A stretch of DNA of 64,000 nt from an uncultured Verrucomicrobiae bacterium (GCA_963764165.1 CAVXRD010000001.1:1-64000), one strand, 5' to 3'. Counted from the stretch's first letter, positions 31,784-42,581 are shown. Numbers and translations are program-made. The notes: a model not told the origin generated them from the sequence alone.

Positions 31784-31814
31784 GCCGTCGAAACAACCAC
31801 CACACCCCGCACAC

Positions 31815-33305
31815 ATGGCAACAGAATCAGCCAATCCAACCCCACGCTCCAAGTCGCTTCTCCGCAATTGGACAAGTTTGACCGGAATCGTTTTGATGGC
31901 GGCGAGCGGGTTCGCGTTTCTGTTGCTGTTCTTTTTGGACGCGGTCGCGCCGACGGCCAATCCTTACATTGGCATCCTCGCCTACCTCGTCGCGCCCGCC
32001 TTTTTCTTCGGCGGGCTCACTCTGGTGATTATCGGCGTTTGGTTTCGCCGCCGCCGTCTGGCCAAAGTCGAGCACGTCACTGGCTCTCTGCACATCGATA
32101 TCGACTTTGGCCGCAAACGGGATCGCCGCATCCTGACATTTTTCATCCCCGCCTCCGCTGGTTTTCTATTGCTAACAGCGATGGGAAGCTATCATAGCTA
32201 CGAGTTTACTGAATCTGTCACTTTTTGCGGCGAGGCCTGCCATACGGTCATGCAGCCGGAATTTGTGACGTATTCACATTCGCCGCACGCGCGGGTGGCG
32301 TGCGCGGAATGCCACATAGGAAAGGGCGCGGAATGGTATGTTCGCTCAAAGCTATCGGGAACTTATCAAGTATACGCGGTGATGGCCCATAAGTACGCGA
32401 AGCCGATTGCAACTCCCATCAAGAACCTGCGTCCCGCCCAGGAAACCTGCGAGCAATGCCACTGGCCGGCCAAGTTCGTCGGCGACGTCGATAGAACATT
32501 CAATTACTTCATCCCCGACAAGACCAACACGGAGTATTCCGTCCGTATGCTGCTTAAAGTCGGCGGCGGCGACCCAACGCATGGACCCGTTGGCGGAATT
32601 CATTGGCACATGAATGTGGGCAATAAGATTGAGTATCTTGCCTCTGACGAGAGCCGCCAGAAAATTCCCTGGATTCGCGTCACCGATAAAAAGGGCGATG
32701 TTACCGAATATCGCACCGCAAAATTCACCAACGAGGTCAACATCGCCGCTGTTCGCAGGATGGACTGCATGGATTGCCACAATCGGCCGGCCCACAAGTT
32801 TAATTCGCCTGAAAGCACCGTAAACATGGCCATGGCCCTCGGCGATATCGATGCGGCCTTGCCATGGATCAAGACCAACGCGGAAGCGGTATTGTGCCGA
32901 GCCTACACGAACGAAGATGAAGCCATCGAAAAAATCTCGGCCACCCTTTCCGATCGTTACCCCAACGATGCGCGCATCAGGCCCGCCATCGCAGCAGTGC
33001 AGAATATTTACACGAACAATTTCTTTCCCGAAATGAAGTCTAGCTGGAAGGCCTACCCGGATAACATCGGCCACAAGGATTGGCCGGGCTGCTTTCGCTG
33101 CCACGACGGCCAGCACGTGAGCGTCGCCAAAGACGGCATGAAGAAGATTATCAGCAACGATTGCAATGCCTGCCACACCATTCTATCGCAGGGGAATGCG
33201 GAGCAAATGAAATTGGCCAGTCCGATGGGGCAGAAATTCGCCCATCCGCAGGACGAGTATGACCCCGCGTTTCAGTGCACGGATTGCCACAATGGCGGAC
33301 TGTAG
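31815..33305 (+). CDS. ImcH-like NapC/NirT-family membrane multiheme cytochrome (7 hemes)
   Basis: 3 N-terminal TM segments; FCGEACH, CAECH, TCEQCHWP, GIHWH, MDCMDCHNRPAH, FPEMK..W..YPDNIGH, GCFRCHD, CNACH, CTDCH. Confidence 0.88.
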   Translation: MATESANPTPRSKSLLRNWTSLTGIVLMAASGFAFLLLFFLDAVAPTANPYIGILAYLVAPAFFFGGLTLVIIGVWFRRRRLAKVEHVTGSLHIDIDFGRKRDRRILTFFIPASAGFLLLTAMGSYHSYEFTESVTFCGEACHTVMQPEFVTYSHSPHARVACAECHIGKGAEWYVRSKLSGTYQVYAVMAHKYAKPIATPIKNLRPAQETCEQCHWPAKFVGDVDRTFNYFIPDKTNTEYSVRMLLKVGGGDPTHGPVGGIHWHMNVGNKIEYLASDESRQKIPWIRVTDKKGDVTEYRTAKFTNEVNIAAVRRMDCMDCHNRPAHKFNSPESTVNMAMALGDIDAALPWIKTNAEAVLCRAYTNEDEAIEKISATLSDRYPNDARIRPAIAAVQNIYTNNFFPEMKSSWKAYPDNIGHKDWPGCFRCHDGQHVSVAKDGMKKIISNDCNACHTILSQGNAEQMKLASPMGQKFAHPQDEYDPAFQCTDCHNGGL

Positions 33306-33535
33306 AAGATGGTTCCGGATTAGCCGCAATTCTAGACTATCAATTGCCAAAGATGGTGGAGCGCTGGGCTGTCGGTGCAGTTTAATTGTCGAATATGAAG
33401 CCTCCTTTAATTGAGCCGGAAGATGAAGCTGCGCCCGGGGTTGCCGGCCCAAGGACAGATTTCAAGCCAATGGCAGGCGAACGGGTTGGTCAAGCCGAAA
33501 CCTCGCTGTCGCAACCTTGGTCGCAGCGTCTGGCA

Positions 33536-33565
33536 GAAATCAGAACACACGAAATCAGAACACAC
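33536..33565 (+). repeat. 15-bp tandem duplication (GAAATCAGAACACAC x2)
   Basis: Seen directly, upstream of adk. Confidence 0.85.
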
Positions 33566-33624
33566 GAATATTCGCCTCTCGACGATTAGTCAGGCGGGGA
33601 CTTCGCTAACTCAAGAGGAATGAT

Positions 33625-34395
33625 ATGAATGCAATGGCTTACAGCAAAAACAGGGTGAATGACCGCGCAGCATGGCTCAAAGCCGGCGACGCCTGCTGTG
33701 AAATAACGCCCGGCCCGGCGAAACATTTTTGCCGCTTGGTTTTGCTCGGCGCGCCCGGCGTGGGAAAGGGAACTCAAGCCGATATGCTCCGCCAATGGTC
33801 TGGCGCCTGCCATCTTTCCACTGGCGACATTTTCCGTGCCGCCAAGAGCCTGTCCCCCGCCGAACGATCCCCAGCCATCCAAAGCGCGCTTGGCTTCATG
33901 ACGCGGGGCGAGTTGGTTCCCGACGGCACGGTGCTCGATCTGTTGCGCGAGCGGGTGCGCTGCCTGCGCTGTCATGGCGGATTCTTGCTGGATGGTTTTC
34001 CGCGCACCGTCGCTCAAGCGGATGCACTGGAACAATTGCTCAGATCGGAAATCTTGCCTCTGACCGCCGTCATCGACTACGAGCTGCCAATTGAACAGAT
34101 CGTGGAGCGATTGGCCGGGCGGCGCGTATGCACCGATTGCAAGGGCACGTTTCATGTGACAGGCCTGGCATTGCCGGAGACCTGTCCTCATTGCGGCGGA
34201 TGTCTCGTGCAACGCGAGGATGATCGACCCGAAGCCATACAAGTCCGCATGGAAGCGTATCGCCGCAGCACCGAACCGCTGATTGAGTTTTATCGCCAGT
34301 GCGGATTATTATTAGCCGTTTCCGCCGATGGCACACCCCTTGAAATTTTTCAGCGAACAGTAAACTCCTTGACCCAGCGCCATTCGATGGCCTGA
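33625..34395 (+). CDS. adk: Adenylate kinase family protein (4-Cys lid)
   Basis: LLGAPGVGKGTQA, HLSTGDIFR, LDGFPRT, CTDC..CPHC, QREDD. Confidence 0.92.
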   Translation: MNAMAYSKNRVNDRAAWLKAGDACCEITPGPAKHFCRLVLLGAPGVGKGTQADMLRQWSGACHLSTGDIFRAAKSLSPAERSPAIQSALGFMTRGELVPDGTVLDLLRERVRCLRCHGGFLLDGFPRTVAQADALEQLLRSEILPLTAVIDYELPIEQIVERLAGRRVCTDCKGTFHVTGLALPETCPHCGGCLVQREDDRPEAIQVRMEAYRRSTEPLIEFYRQCGLLLAVSADGTPLEIFQRTVNSLTQRHSMA

Positions 34396-34816
34396 TCCAG
34401 CGTCAAGTTCGGTGGGATTTTTCACAAGAAACGGGAAGCATCCGCCGCCGAGCATGGCTTATGTTGGATGCGCAATGAAAGTGTTAGAAAAGGAATCGGC
34501 TCTGCTGGATGAGCAGAACCGTGCAGCGGCCTTGTCCCGGAACGAACCGATCCGGCTCGCAACGCCGTCAAAGAATTCTCGCAATAAAGTGGCTACACAT
34601 CCAGTTCCTACCTTGGCTCAAAACTACTACTGAGCTTACTGGAGCAAAGACAACGACGCAGGGCGCGCCTCACAGCGCGCCCTGCGACTGTACATTGGGC
34701 AACAGGAAATCCAGATCAGGCCGCTGGCCACAATCCATTCTTCAAAGCCCAAGAAATGGTGAGGGTTTGGCAATGAAGGGGAAGCCTGTCTGGCGCTTCT
34801 ATTTTAGTTTGCTGCC

Positions 34817-35917
34817 ATGCGAGAATTATTGGAAAGCGAGACGAAGCAAACTGAGCGCGCCCTGCGCCCTGTGGAGCCGCGAGTGGCGAACTGCACAAAC
34901 CGCCAACGGATCCTTGACGCGCTGAACTGCTCACAAGTGGACCGTCCGCCCGTCTGGCTGATGCGCCAGGCTGGCCGTTGTTTGCCGGAATACCGCGCTC
35001 TCAAACAGGATTTCTCTTTCCGCCAACTGATCAGCATCCCGGATCTGGCTGCTGAAGTGACCTTGCAACCGGTGCGCCGATTTCATTTCGATGCCGCCAT
35101 TATTTTCAGCGACATCCTGGTTGTGCCGGAAGCGTTGGGGCAAGGATTTCGATTTCGCGAACAAGGCGGCGTCGAAATGGATTACATGGTGCGCGACAGC
35201 AATGATATTCGACGGCTCAATACTCAGGGCGTCTCGGAGCGGCTCCAATACGTGGCCGAAGCGATTCGTCTGGCGAAATTGGAATTGAAATCGAATACGG
35301 CCTTGCTGGGTTTTGCCGGTTCGCCTTGGACGCTGGCCAATTTCATGCTCGAAGGCGGCAGCGCCGGCGCGCATACCAAGGCCTTGGAATTGTTTCGCAG
35401 CGACCGCGTGCTTTTTGATTCGCTATGCGAAGAATTGACGCTGGCGGTGATCGAGTTTTTGCAGTTGCAAATCAACTCGGGCGTGGATGCCATCCAGATT
35501 TTTGACAGCCTGGGCGGGCTGTTGCCGGGGGAGGATTTCGACGCGGCTTCGGGCCATTGGATGCGAACGATTGTTTCCGCCCTCAATGGCCAAGTCCCCA
35601 TCATCGTGTATTCCAAAGGCGCCCGCGACTGGAAATCATTGATCCGAACTCGCCCGCACGCCATCGGGATCGATCACGAAATCGATTTGACCGACGCCAG
35701 CCAGCAGATTCCAGCCCACATTGCCATGCAAGGCAATCTGCCGCCTGGTTTGCTTGACAGCGGAGAGCCGGAGTTGGTGGCGTCGGAAACCACGCGGCTG
35801 CTTGAGTTGATGCGCGGCCGCAACGGATACATCTTCAACCTCGGCCACGGCGTTCCTCCGGCCGCACGGATGGAAAACCTCGAAGCGCTGGTCAGCACAG
35901 TGCAAAACTTCGCATGA
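34817..35917 (+). CDS. hemE: Uroporphyrinogen decarboxylase
   Basis: PVWLMRQAGR, AAIIFSDIL, GFAGSPWT, IFNLGHG. Confidence 0.96.
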   Translation: MRELLESETKQTERALRPVEPRVANCTNRQRILDALNCSQVDRPPVWLMRQAGRCLPEYRALKQDFSFRQLISIPDLAAEVTLQPVRRFHFDAAIIFSDILVVPEALGQGFRFREQGGVEMDYMVRDSNDIRRLNTQGVSERLQYVAEAIRLAKLELKSNTALLGFAGSPWTLANFMLEGGSAGAHTKALELFRSDRVLFDSLCEELTLAVIEFLQLQINSGVDAIQIFDSLGGLLPGEDFDAASGHWMRTIVSALNGQVPIIVYSKGARDWKSLIRTRPHAIGIDHEIDLTDASQQIPAHIAMQGNLPPGLLDSGEPELVASETTRLLELMRGRNGYIFNLGHGVPPAARMENLEALVSTVQNFA

Positions 35918-37293
35918 GCAAACTCAACGTTGATCTTGAACTGGTGCAGAAATACAACGTGCCGGGCCCGCGCTACACTTCCTATCCACCCGCCCCGCAG
36001 TTCAGCGATCAAGTCACCTGGCCGGAGGTGGCGGCAAGAGTCGCGGCGGCGCAAGACCCCAAGCGCGGTCTTTCTCTCTATTTCCATATACCTTTTTGCG
36101 AGTCCCTTTGTTGGTATTGCGGCTGCACCACTGTCATCACGACGCAGCGCGAAAAAGGCGCTCTTTACCTTGACTACCTGGACAGGGAAATGGAACTGAT
36201 GCGCGATCGCATCAATCCCAAACGCCAAGTCGTGCAGTTGCATTGGGGCGGCGGCACCCCGACTTTCCTTTCTCCCGACGAAATTCGCAGGCTTGGACAA
36301 TCCATCCGCAAGCACTTCAATTTCGCCCCGGATATGGAGGCGGGCGTGGAGATAGATCCGCGCCGGCTGACGCGCGATCACGTCGAGGCCTTGCGCGAAG
36401 CAGGCTTCAATCGGGCCTCCATCGGCGTGCAGGATTTCAATCCCGCGGTGCAAGCGGCGGTGCATCGCATTCAACCGCGCGCTCAAACCGAGAAGGCCAT
36501 TGAATGGGCGCGCGGCGCGGGCTTTTCCTCCATCAACCTGGATCTGATCTACGGTTTGCCCCGCCAAACAGTGGAAACCTTCAACGAGACATTGGAGGAA
36601 ATCATCAAGATGGGGCCGGATCGGCTGGCGGTATTTAGCTACGCGCATGTCCCCTGGATGAAACCGGCCCAAAAGATTCTGGAGCAGGAAGCCGCGTTGC
36701 CCAGCGCCGAAACCAAGCTCGACATTCTCAAACTGGTCATCGAGAAGCTGACTCAAAATGATCGCTACACTTACATCGGCATGGACCATTTTGCCAAGCC
36801 CACCGATGAAATGGCAGTGGCGCAGCGCGAAGGAACCTTGCAGCGCAATTTTCAGGGCTACAGCACCAAAGGCGGGGCGGACATTTACGCATTCGGCATG
36901 TCGTCCATTTCGCAGGCCGACGGAGTCTATTGGCAAAATATCAAAGATTTGCCCGGATATTGCGGCGCGCTGGCTGCCGGCAGGGAACCCTTTGCTAAGG
37001 GATATGTTTTGAGCGATGACGACAAGATTCGCCGCCATGCCATCATGCGGCTCATGTGCGACATGGGTCTGGACTACGCCGCGCTTTCCAAGGTTCTGGG
37101 GATTGACTTCGCCCAATATTTCAAGCCTGAACTGGATTCCATGTCGGACTTGGAAGCGGACAATCTGCTGGTCCGCAAGGCCAGCGGCCTGACCGTGAAC
37201 GAGGTGGGCCGGCTTTTCATCCGCAACATTGCCATGCGTTTTGATCGCTATCTTCCGGCTGGCAAGGAGCGGCGCTTTTCAAAAACAATATGA
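35914..37293 (+). CDS. hemN: Oxygen-independent coproporphyrinogen III oxidase
   Basis: GPRYTSYP, HIPFCESLCWYCGC, WGGGTP, IGMDHFA, RNFQGY. Confidence 0.97.
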   Translation: MSKLNVDLELVQKYNVPGPRYTSYPPAPQFSDQVTWPEVAARVAAAQDPKRGLSLYFHIPFCESLCWYCGCTTVITTQREKGALYLDYLDREMELMRDRINPKRQVVQLHWGGGTPTFLSPDEIRRLGQSIRKHFNFAPDMEAGVEIDPRRLTRDHVEALREAGFNRASIGVQDFNPAVQAAVHRIQPRAQTEKAIEWARGAGFSSINLDLIYGLPRQTVETFNETLEEIIKMGPDRLAVFSYAHVPWMKPAQKILEQEAALPSAETKLDILKLVIEKLTQNDRYTYIGMDHFAKPTDEMAVAQREGTLQRNFQGYSTKGGADIYAFGMSSISQADGVYWQNIKDLPGYCGALAAGREPFAKGYVLSDDDKIRRHAIMRLMCDMGLDYAALSKVLGIDFAQYFKPELDSMSDLEADNLLVRKASGLTVNEVGRLFIRNIAMRFDRYLPAGKERRFSKTI

Positions 37294-38696
37294 AGCCCAT
37301 CGCCATCATCGGAGGCGGTGTCACCGGGTTGACCGCCGCATTTTCTCTCCAGCAGCGCGGCCTCCCTGTCAGGCTGTTTGAAGCGGCGCCTCGCGTGGGC
37401 GGTGTGGTCCAATCCATTCGCCGCGGCGGCTATCTGGCCGAATTTGGACCCAACAGCATCTTGGAGACATCTCCGATTGTGTCCAATTTGATCCGCGAAC
37501 TTGGCTTGGAATCGCGCCGGATTTATTCCAACCCATCCGCCGAGAAGCGTTACGTGGTGCGTGGACAAAAACCCGTGGAAATGCCCAATTCGGCCGCGGG
37601 CTTTTTGACGACGCCCCTGTTTTCTCCCGCCGCCAAACTGCGTGTCCTGGCGGAGCCATTCATCCTGCCAGCGCCGGCTGATGTGGAGGAATCCATCGCG
37701 CAATTCGTCCAACGGCGGCTGGGCCAGGAATTTCTCGATTACGCCATTGATCCAATGGTGGCTGGGATTTACGCCGGTGATCCTCATTTGCTTTCTGTCA
37801 CGCAGGCTTTTCCGAAACTTCACGCGCTGGAGCAAAAATATCATTCTCTTTTTCTGGGCCAATTCCTGGGCGCGCGGGCGCGCAAGCGCAGCGGAGAAGT
37901 TTCCAAGCAAGACGCAAAAAAGTTTTCTTTTGACGACGGCTTGCAGGTTCTCATCGATGAGCTGCAGTCCCGCTTGGTTGACGAAATCCAGACCTCCGCA
38001 CCCGTCGAGAGCCTGACGCGCACAGACGATGGCTGGCTGGTTGAATTGGGTTCCGGCGCGGTCAAGTGCAGCGCAATCCTGCTCGCCCTGCCCAGCCACA
38101 AAATCGCTTCATTGTTGATCAAAACCGAGCCGAAGCTCGATGCTGCCTCCCTTCTGCGGATCCATTATCCCCCGGTGGCCTCGGTCGTGCTTGGCTTCCG
38201 GCGCGCGGACGTGGCGCATCCACTCGACGGATTTGGCATGCTCATACCGAAGAAGGAAAAGTTCAATATCCTGGGCGCGCTCTTTTCGTCCTCCCTCTTT
38301 GACCACCGCGCCCCGGATGGCGAAGTGGCCATCACTTGCTATATGGGAGGCGCGCGTTCTCCTGAATTGCCTCTCAATACATCCGCTGAGCTAGTCGAGA
38401 TCGCGGTGAAGGACCTTCGCACGATTTTGGGCGTCCGGGGACAGCCAATCTTTCAGCATGTGACCGTTTTCAGAAAAGCCATTCCACAATACAACGTCGG
38501 CTTTGCCAAATTCAGGGCCTTGATGAGCGACATGGAACTCAAGGCGCCCGGCTTGTTTGTGGCCGGACACGCCCGCGATGGCATTTCCCTGAGCGATTCC
38601 ATTGTTTCAGGCCACAACGTCGCGGGCAGAATGGAAACCTTTGTGAACACACGCCGACAGCACTTCCACCCCAAGCAACACCTTGTATCCGCATGA
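37290..38696 (+). CDS. hemY: FAD-dependent protoporphyrinogen oxidase (HemY type)
   Basis: IIGGGVTGL, EFGPNS, GIYAGDP, GFGMLIP, AIPQY; located between hemN and hemH. Confidence 0.93.
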   Translation: MKPIAIIGGGVTGLTAAFSLQQRGLPVRLFEAAPRVGGVVQSIRRGGYLAEFGPNSILETSPIVSNLIRELGLESRRIYSNPSAEKRYVVRGQKPVEMPNSAAGFLTTPLFSPAAKLRVLAEPFILPAPADVEESIAQFVQRRLGQEFLDYAIDPMVAGIYAGDPHLLSVTQAFPKLHALEQKYHSLFLGQFLGARARKRSGEVSKQDAKKFSFDDGLQVLIDELQSRLVDEIQTSAPVESLTRTDDGWLVELGSGAVKCSAILLALPSHKIASLLIKTEPKLDAASLLRIHYPPVASVVLGFRRADVAHPLDGFGMLIPKKEKFNILGALFSSSLFDHRAPDGEVAITCYMGGARSPELPLNTSAELVEIAVKDLRTILGVRGQPIFQHVTVFRKAIPQYNVGFAKFRALMSDMELKAPGLFVAGHARDGISLSDSIVSGHNVAGRMETFVNTRRQHFHPKQHLVSA

Positions 38697-39760
38697 ACAA
38701 TCGCGCCATTCTCCTCGTCAATTTGGGATCGCCCAATTCGCCGTCCGTTAAGGATGTGCGCTCCTACCTCGGCGAATTCCTGATGGATGGCCGTGTGCTT
38801 GACGCTCCTTATCCCGTGCGCTGGTGCATCGTTCATCTCGGAATTCTGCCCAGTCGGCCCGCGCAATCGGCGGAAGCGTACGAGAAAATCTGGACGCCCC
38901 AAGGCTCGCCGCTGGTTGTCACCAGCCGAAAGGTTCAAGCCGCGCTGCAGCAACGCTTGCCCGTGCCGGTGAAGCTGGCGATGCGTTACCAGAATCCCTC
39001 GATCATCAATGCCATTGTCCGCCTGCATGAGCAGGGGATCAACGAAGTGTTGCTCATCCCTCTCTTTCCGCATTACGCCATGTCCAGTTACGAAACGGCG
39101 GTGGAGCGGGTCAAAGACGCCATCGCGGAAATTTCGCCGGAAATGGCGCTGGCCGTTATGCCGCCCTATTACGATTTTCCAGATTACATCCAGGCATTGG
39201 TGGCGAGCGCGTCGGATTATTTGCGGCAGGACTATGATCATTTGCTCTTCAGTTTTCATGGCATTCCGGAGCGTCATTTGCGGAAATCCGATCCGACCAA
39301 GTGCCATTGTTTGACAGCAAAAAACTGCTGTTCGAAGGAAAGCCCCGCGCAGGAAACCTGCTACCGCTCGCAATGCTTCAAAACCGCGCAAGCTTTCGTG
39401 AAAGCGGCGGGCATCCGGGAGACCCAATACTCCGTCGCCTTCCAATCGCGCTTGGGCAGAGATCCCTGGCTCAAGCCCTACACCGACCACATCCTTGAAC
39501 ACATGGGCAAAACCGGTATGAAAAGGCTCTTGGTTATTTGTCCCGCCTTTGTATCCGACTGCCTTGAAACGATTGAAGAAATCGGGCTGCGCGGGCGCGA
39601 ATCCTTTCGCGCCGCTGGCGGCGGCGAGCTGACGCTGATCCCTTGCCTGAACGACCATCCGCGCTGGATTGAAGCTCTCGAAAAAATGTCCTGCAACTGG
39701 CTGGGCAGATCAAACCAGGCGAGCGCAGTGGAACAAGCCGCGAGCGGGATAGCTTGTTAG
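38693..39760 (+). CDS. hemH: Ferrochelatase
   Basis: LLVNLGSP, AMRYQNP, LFSFHGIP, FQSRLG..WLKP, FVSDCLETIEEI. Confidence 0.96.
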   Translation: MNNRAILLVNLGSPNSPSVKDVRSYLGEFLMDGRVLDAPYPVRWCIVHLGILPSRPAQSAEAYEKIWTPQGSPLVVTSRKVQAALQQRLPVPVKLAMRYQNPSIINAIVRLHEQGINEVLLIPLFPHYAMSSYETAVERVKDAIAEISPEMALAVMPPYYDFPDYIQALVASASDYLRQDYDHLLFSFHGIPERHLRKSDPTKCHCLTAKNCCSKESPAQETCYRSQCFKTAQAFVKAAGIRETQYSVAFQSRLGRDPWLKPYTDHILEHMGKTGMKRLLVICPAFVSDCLETIEEIGLRGRESFRAAGGGELTLIPCLNDHPRWIEALEKMSCNWLGRSNQASAVEQAASGIAC

Positions 39761-39791
39761 CTAATGCAGATTGAACCCAGCAAACTTTATT

Positions 39792-42581
39792 ATGATGACA
39801 TCAACGCCGCCTAAAACATCCGTTTCATTCGCACACGATATTCTGCGCCGCAGCGGCGGCAGCGCGCTCGGCTCCATTTTTGCCCCGGAATCCGTGGCCG
39901 TGGTCGGCGCAACAGAAACGCAGGGCAAAGTTGGGCGCACGGTTGTCGAAAATCTTTTGCAAGGCGGATTTGCCGGAACCATTTATCCCATTAATCCAAA
40001 GCGGGACACGATTTTGGGACTCAAGACCTATCCCGGCATCGAGGCGCTTCCAGCCGCGCCGGACCTGGCGGTGATTATCACTCCGCCACCCACAGTGCCG
40101 GGCATCATCGAAGAGTGCGTCAAAATCGGCACGCGCGGCGCCATTATCATTTCCGCCGGTTTCAAGGAAATCGGGCCCACCGGCGTGGAGTTGGAGCGGC
40201 AGGTTCTGAAGCAGGCGCACAAGGGCCAGATGCGCATCGTCGGCCCCAACTGTCTCGGGGTCATGGTGCCCCAGCATCATTTTAACGCCACCTTCGCGGC
40301 CAACATGGCCCGGCCCGGTTCGGTGGGTTTCATCAGCCAAAGCGGCGCGCTCTGCACCGCCATTCTGGATTGGAGCTTGCGCGAAAATGTCGGATTCAGC
40401 GCCTTCGTCTCCCTGGGATCCATGCTCGATGTGGGCTGGGGAGATTTGATTTATCATTTGGGCGAGGACCCGAACACCAAGAGCATTGTCATATACATGG
40501 AATCGATTGGCGACGCGCGCTCGTTCCTCTCGGCCGCTCGCGAAGTAGCGTTAACCAAGCCCATTATCGTCATCAAGCCCGGCCGCACTGCCGCCGCCGC
40601 CAAGGCCGCGGCGTCGCACACCGGCTCGCTGACTGGCAGCGATGAAGTTTTGCAGGCGGCTTTCCAAAGGGTTGGCGTCTTGCGGGTCGAGGCCATTTCG
40701 GAATTGTTCGACATGGCCGAAGTTTTGTCCAAACAACCACGCCCCAAGGGTCCGCGCCTGACGATTGTCACCAACGCGGGCGGACCCGGCGTGCTGGCCA
40801 CTGACATGCTTATTGGCAGCGGTGCGCAACTGGCTGAACTCGCTCCGTCGACCATGGCCGCCTTCAACCAAATTCTGCCCCCAACCTGGAGCCACAACAA
40901 TCCGGTGGATATCATTGGCGATGCCGGCCCCGAGCTTTACGCCAAAGCCGTGGACATCGCGGTCAAAGATCCCAACACCGACGGCTTGCTGGTCATTCTC
41001 ACTCCCCAGTCCATGACGGACGCCACCGCGACCGCCGAACAGTTGAAGCCCTACGCGCAATTGGACGGCAAACCCATTCTGGCGAGCTGGATGGGAGCCG
41101 GCCAGGTTGAGAAAGGCGAGGACATTCTCAACGCCTCAAAAATCCCCACCTTCAAGTACCCTGATCGCGCGGCCCGGGCCTTTTCCTACATGTGGCGTTA
41201 CAGCGAGAATCTGCGCGCGCTTTACGAAACGCCCGCTCTCGCGCCGGAATCTGGCGGCGAGGAAGCGATGCGCCAAAAAGCTGGCCGCGTGCTTGCCCAC
41301 GTGCGGAAGAGCCGGCGCACCCTGTTGACGGAGCATGAATCGAAACAGATTCTGGCTGATTACGGAATACCGACGGTTGAGACTCTCATCGCCACCAGCG
41401 AAGCCGAGGCGGTCGAGATGGCGGCGCGCCTGGGTTATCCAGTCGTGTTGAAATTGCATTCTGAAACCATCACCCACAAGACCGATGTTGGAGGTGTGCA
41501 GTTGAATTTGCAAACGGCCGCAGCCGTTCGGACGGCTTGGCGGGCCATTGAATCGGCGGTGACTGCCAAGGCCGGACGAACGCACTTTCTGGGCGTGACG
41601 GTGCAGCCCATGGTCAAATTGGAAGGCTATGAATTAATCATCGGCAGCAGCGTGGATCCGGCGTTTGGCCCCGTTTTGCTGTTCGGCACGGGAGGCCAGT
41701 TGGTGGAAGTTTTCAAGGACCGCGCCCTTGGGCTGCCGCCGCTCAATGCGACGCTGGCCCGCCGCATGATGGAACGCACCCAGATTTTCACGGCTTTGAA
41801 GGGCGTGCGAGGCCGGGCGCCGGTTGACATTTCCGCGCTGGAACAATTGCTGGTCCGCTTCAGCCACTTGGTGGTCGAGCAGCCTTGGATCAAGGAAATC
41901 GACATCAATCCCCTGATCGTCTCGCCTGAACGCATCCTTGCACTCGACGCCCGGGTGGTTCTGCACGACGCCGACACACGCGAGGAATTCCTGCCCCGCC
42001 CGGCCATTCGGCCTTACCCGGCGCAATATGCCGCTCCCTGGACATTGAAAAATGGTGCAAACGTCATCCTTCGCCCCATTCGGCCCGAGGACGAGCCTTT
42101 GCTTGTGAAATTTCATCAAACGCTTTCTGAGGAAACAGTCTATCACCGATATTTCAACAGCCTGCAGTTATCCGAGCGCATCGCGCATGAACGGCTGGTG
42201 CGGATTTGTTTCAACGACTACGATCGCGAAATCGCGCTGGTGGCCGAATACAAGCCGAGTTGGGAGTTGGACGCCGAGATTTTGGGAATTGGCCGTTTAA
42301 TCAGGCTCCGTGGCACCAACGACGCCGAATTTGCCTTGGTCATCAGCGACACTTGGCATAGGATGGGGCTCGGCGCTGAAATGCTAAAGCGCCTGGTTGA
42401 CATCGGCGAAACCGAAGGGATTCGGCGGATTATCGGCCACATCCTCCCCGAGAACCATGCCATGCGGCATGTCTGTCGGAAGGCGGGTTTCAAAGTCGAA
42501 CTTGACCCGGAGGGGCATGATTTTCTGGCCACCTACAATTTTTCTATAAGTTTTACTGGTGGAATTACCGCGGGATTATAA
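39792..42581 (+). CDS. ADP-forming acyl-CoA synthetase (alpha+beta) fused to a C-terminal GNAT domain (Pat/PatZ-like)
   Basis: [41 protein letters not shown], then [24 protein letters not shown]. Confidence 0.9.
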   Translation: MMTSTPPKTSVSFAHDILRRSGGSALGSIFAPESVAVVGATETQGKVGRTVVENLLQGGFAGTIYPINPKRDTILGLKTYPGIEALPAAPDLAVIITPPPTVPGIIEECVKIGTRGAIIISAGFKEIGPTGVELERQVLKQAHKGQMRIVGPNCLGVMVPQHHFNATFAANMARPGSVGFISQSGALCTAILDWSLRENVGFSAFVSLGSMLDVGWGDLIYHLGEDPNTKSIVIYMESIGDARSFLSAAREVALTKPIIVIKPGRTAAAAKAAASHTGSLTGSDEVLQAAFQRVGVLRVEAISELFDMAEVLSKQPRPKGPRLTIVTNAGGPGVLATDMLIGSGAQLAELAPSTMAAFNQILPPTWSHNNPVDIIGDAGPELYAKAVDIAVKDPNTDGLLVILTPQSMTDATATAEQLKPYAQLDGKPILASWMGAGQVEKGEDILNASKIPTFKYPDRAARAFSYMWRYSENLRALYETPALAPESGGEEAMRQKAGRVLAHVRKSRRTLLTEHESKQILADYGIPTVETLIATSEAEAVEMAARLGYPVVLKLHSETITHKTDVGGVQLNLQTAAAVRTAWRAIESAVTAKAGRTHFLGVTVQPMVKLEGYELIIGSSVDPAFGPVLLFGTGGQLVEVFKDRALGLPPLNATLARRMMERTQIFTALKGVRGRAPVDISALEQLLVRFSHLVVEQPWIKEIDINPLIVSPERILALDARVVLHDADTREEFLPRPAIRPYPAQYAAPWTLKNGANVILRPIRPEDEPLLVKFHQTLSEETVYHRYFNSLQLSERIAHERLVRICFNDYDREIALVAEYKPSWELDAEILGIGRLIRLRGTNDAEFALVISDTWHRMGLGAEMLKRLVDIGETEGIRRIIGHILPENHAMRHVCRKAGFKVELDPEGHDFLATYNFSISFTGGITAGL

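Noticed and set aside
33536..33569. CRISPR-like repeat
   Set aside because: Two adjacent 15-mers with no spacer and no cas genes; a simple tandem duplication
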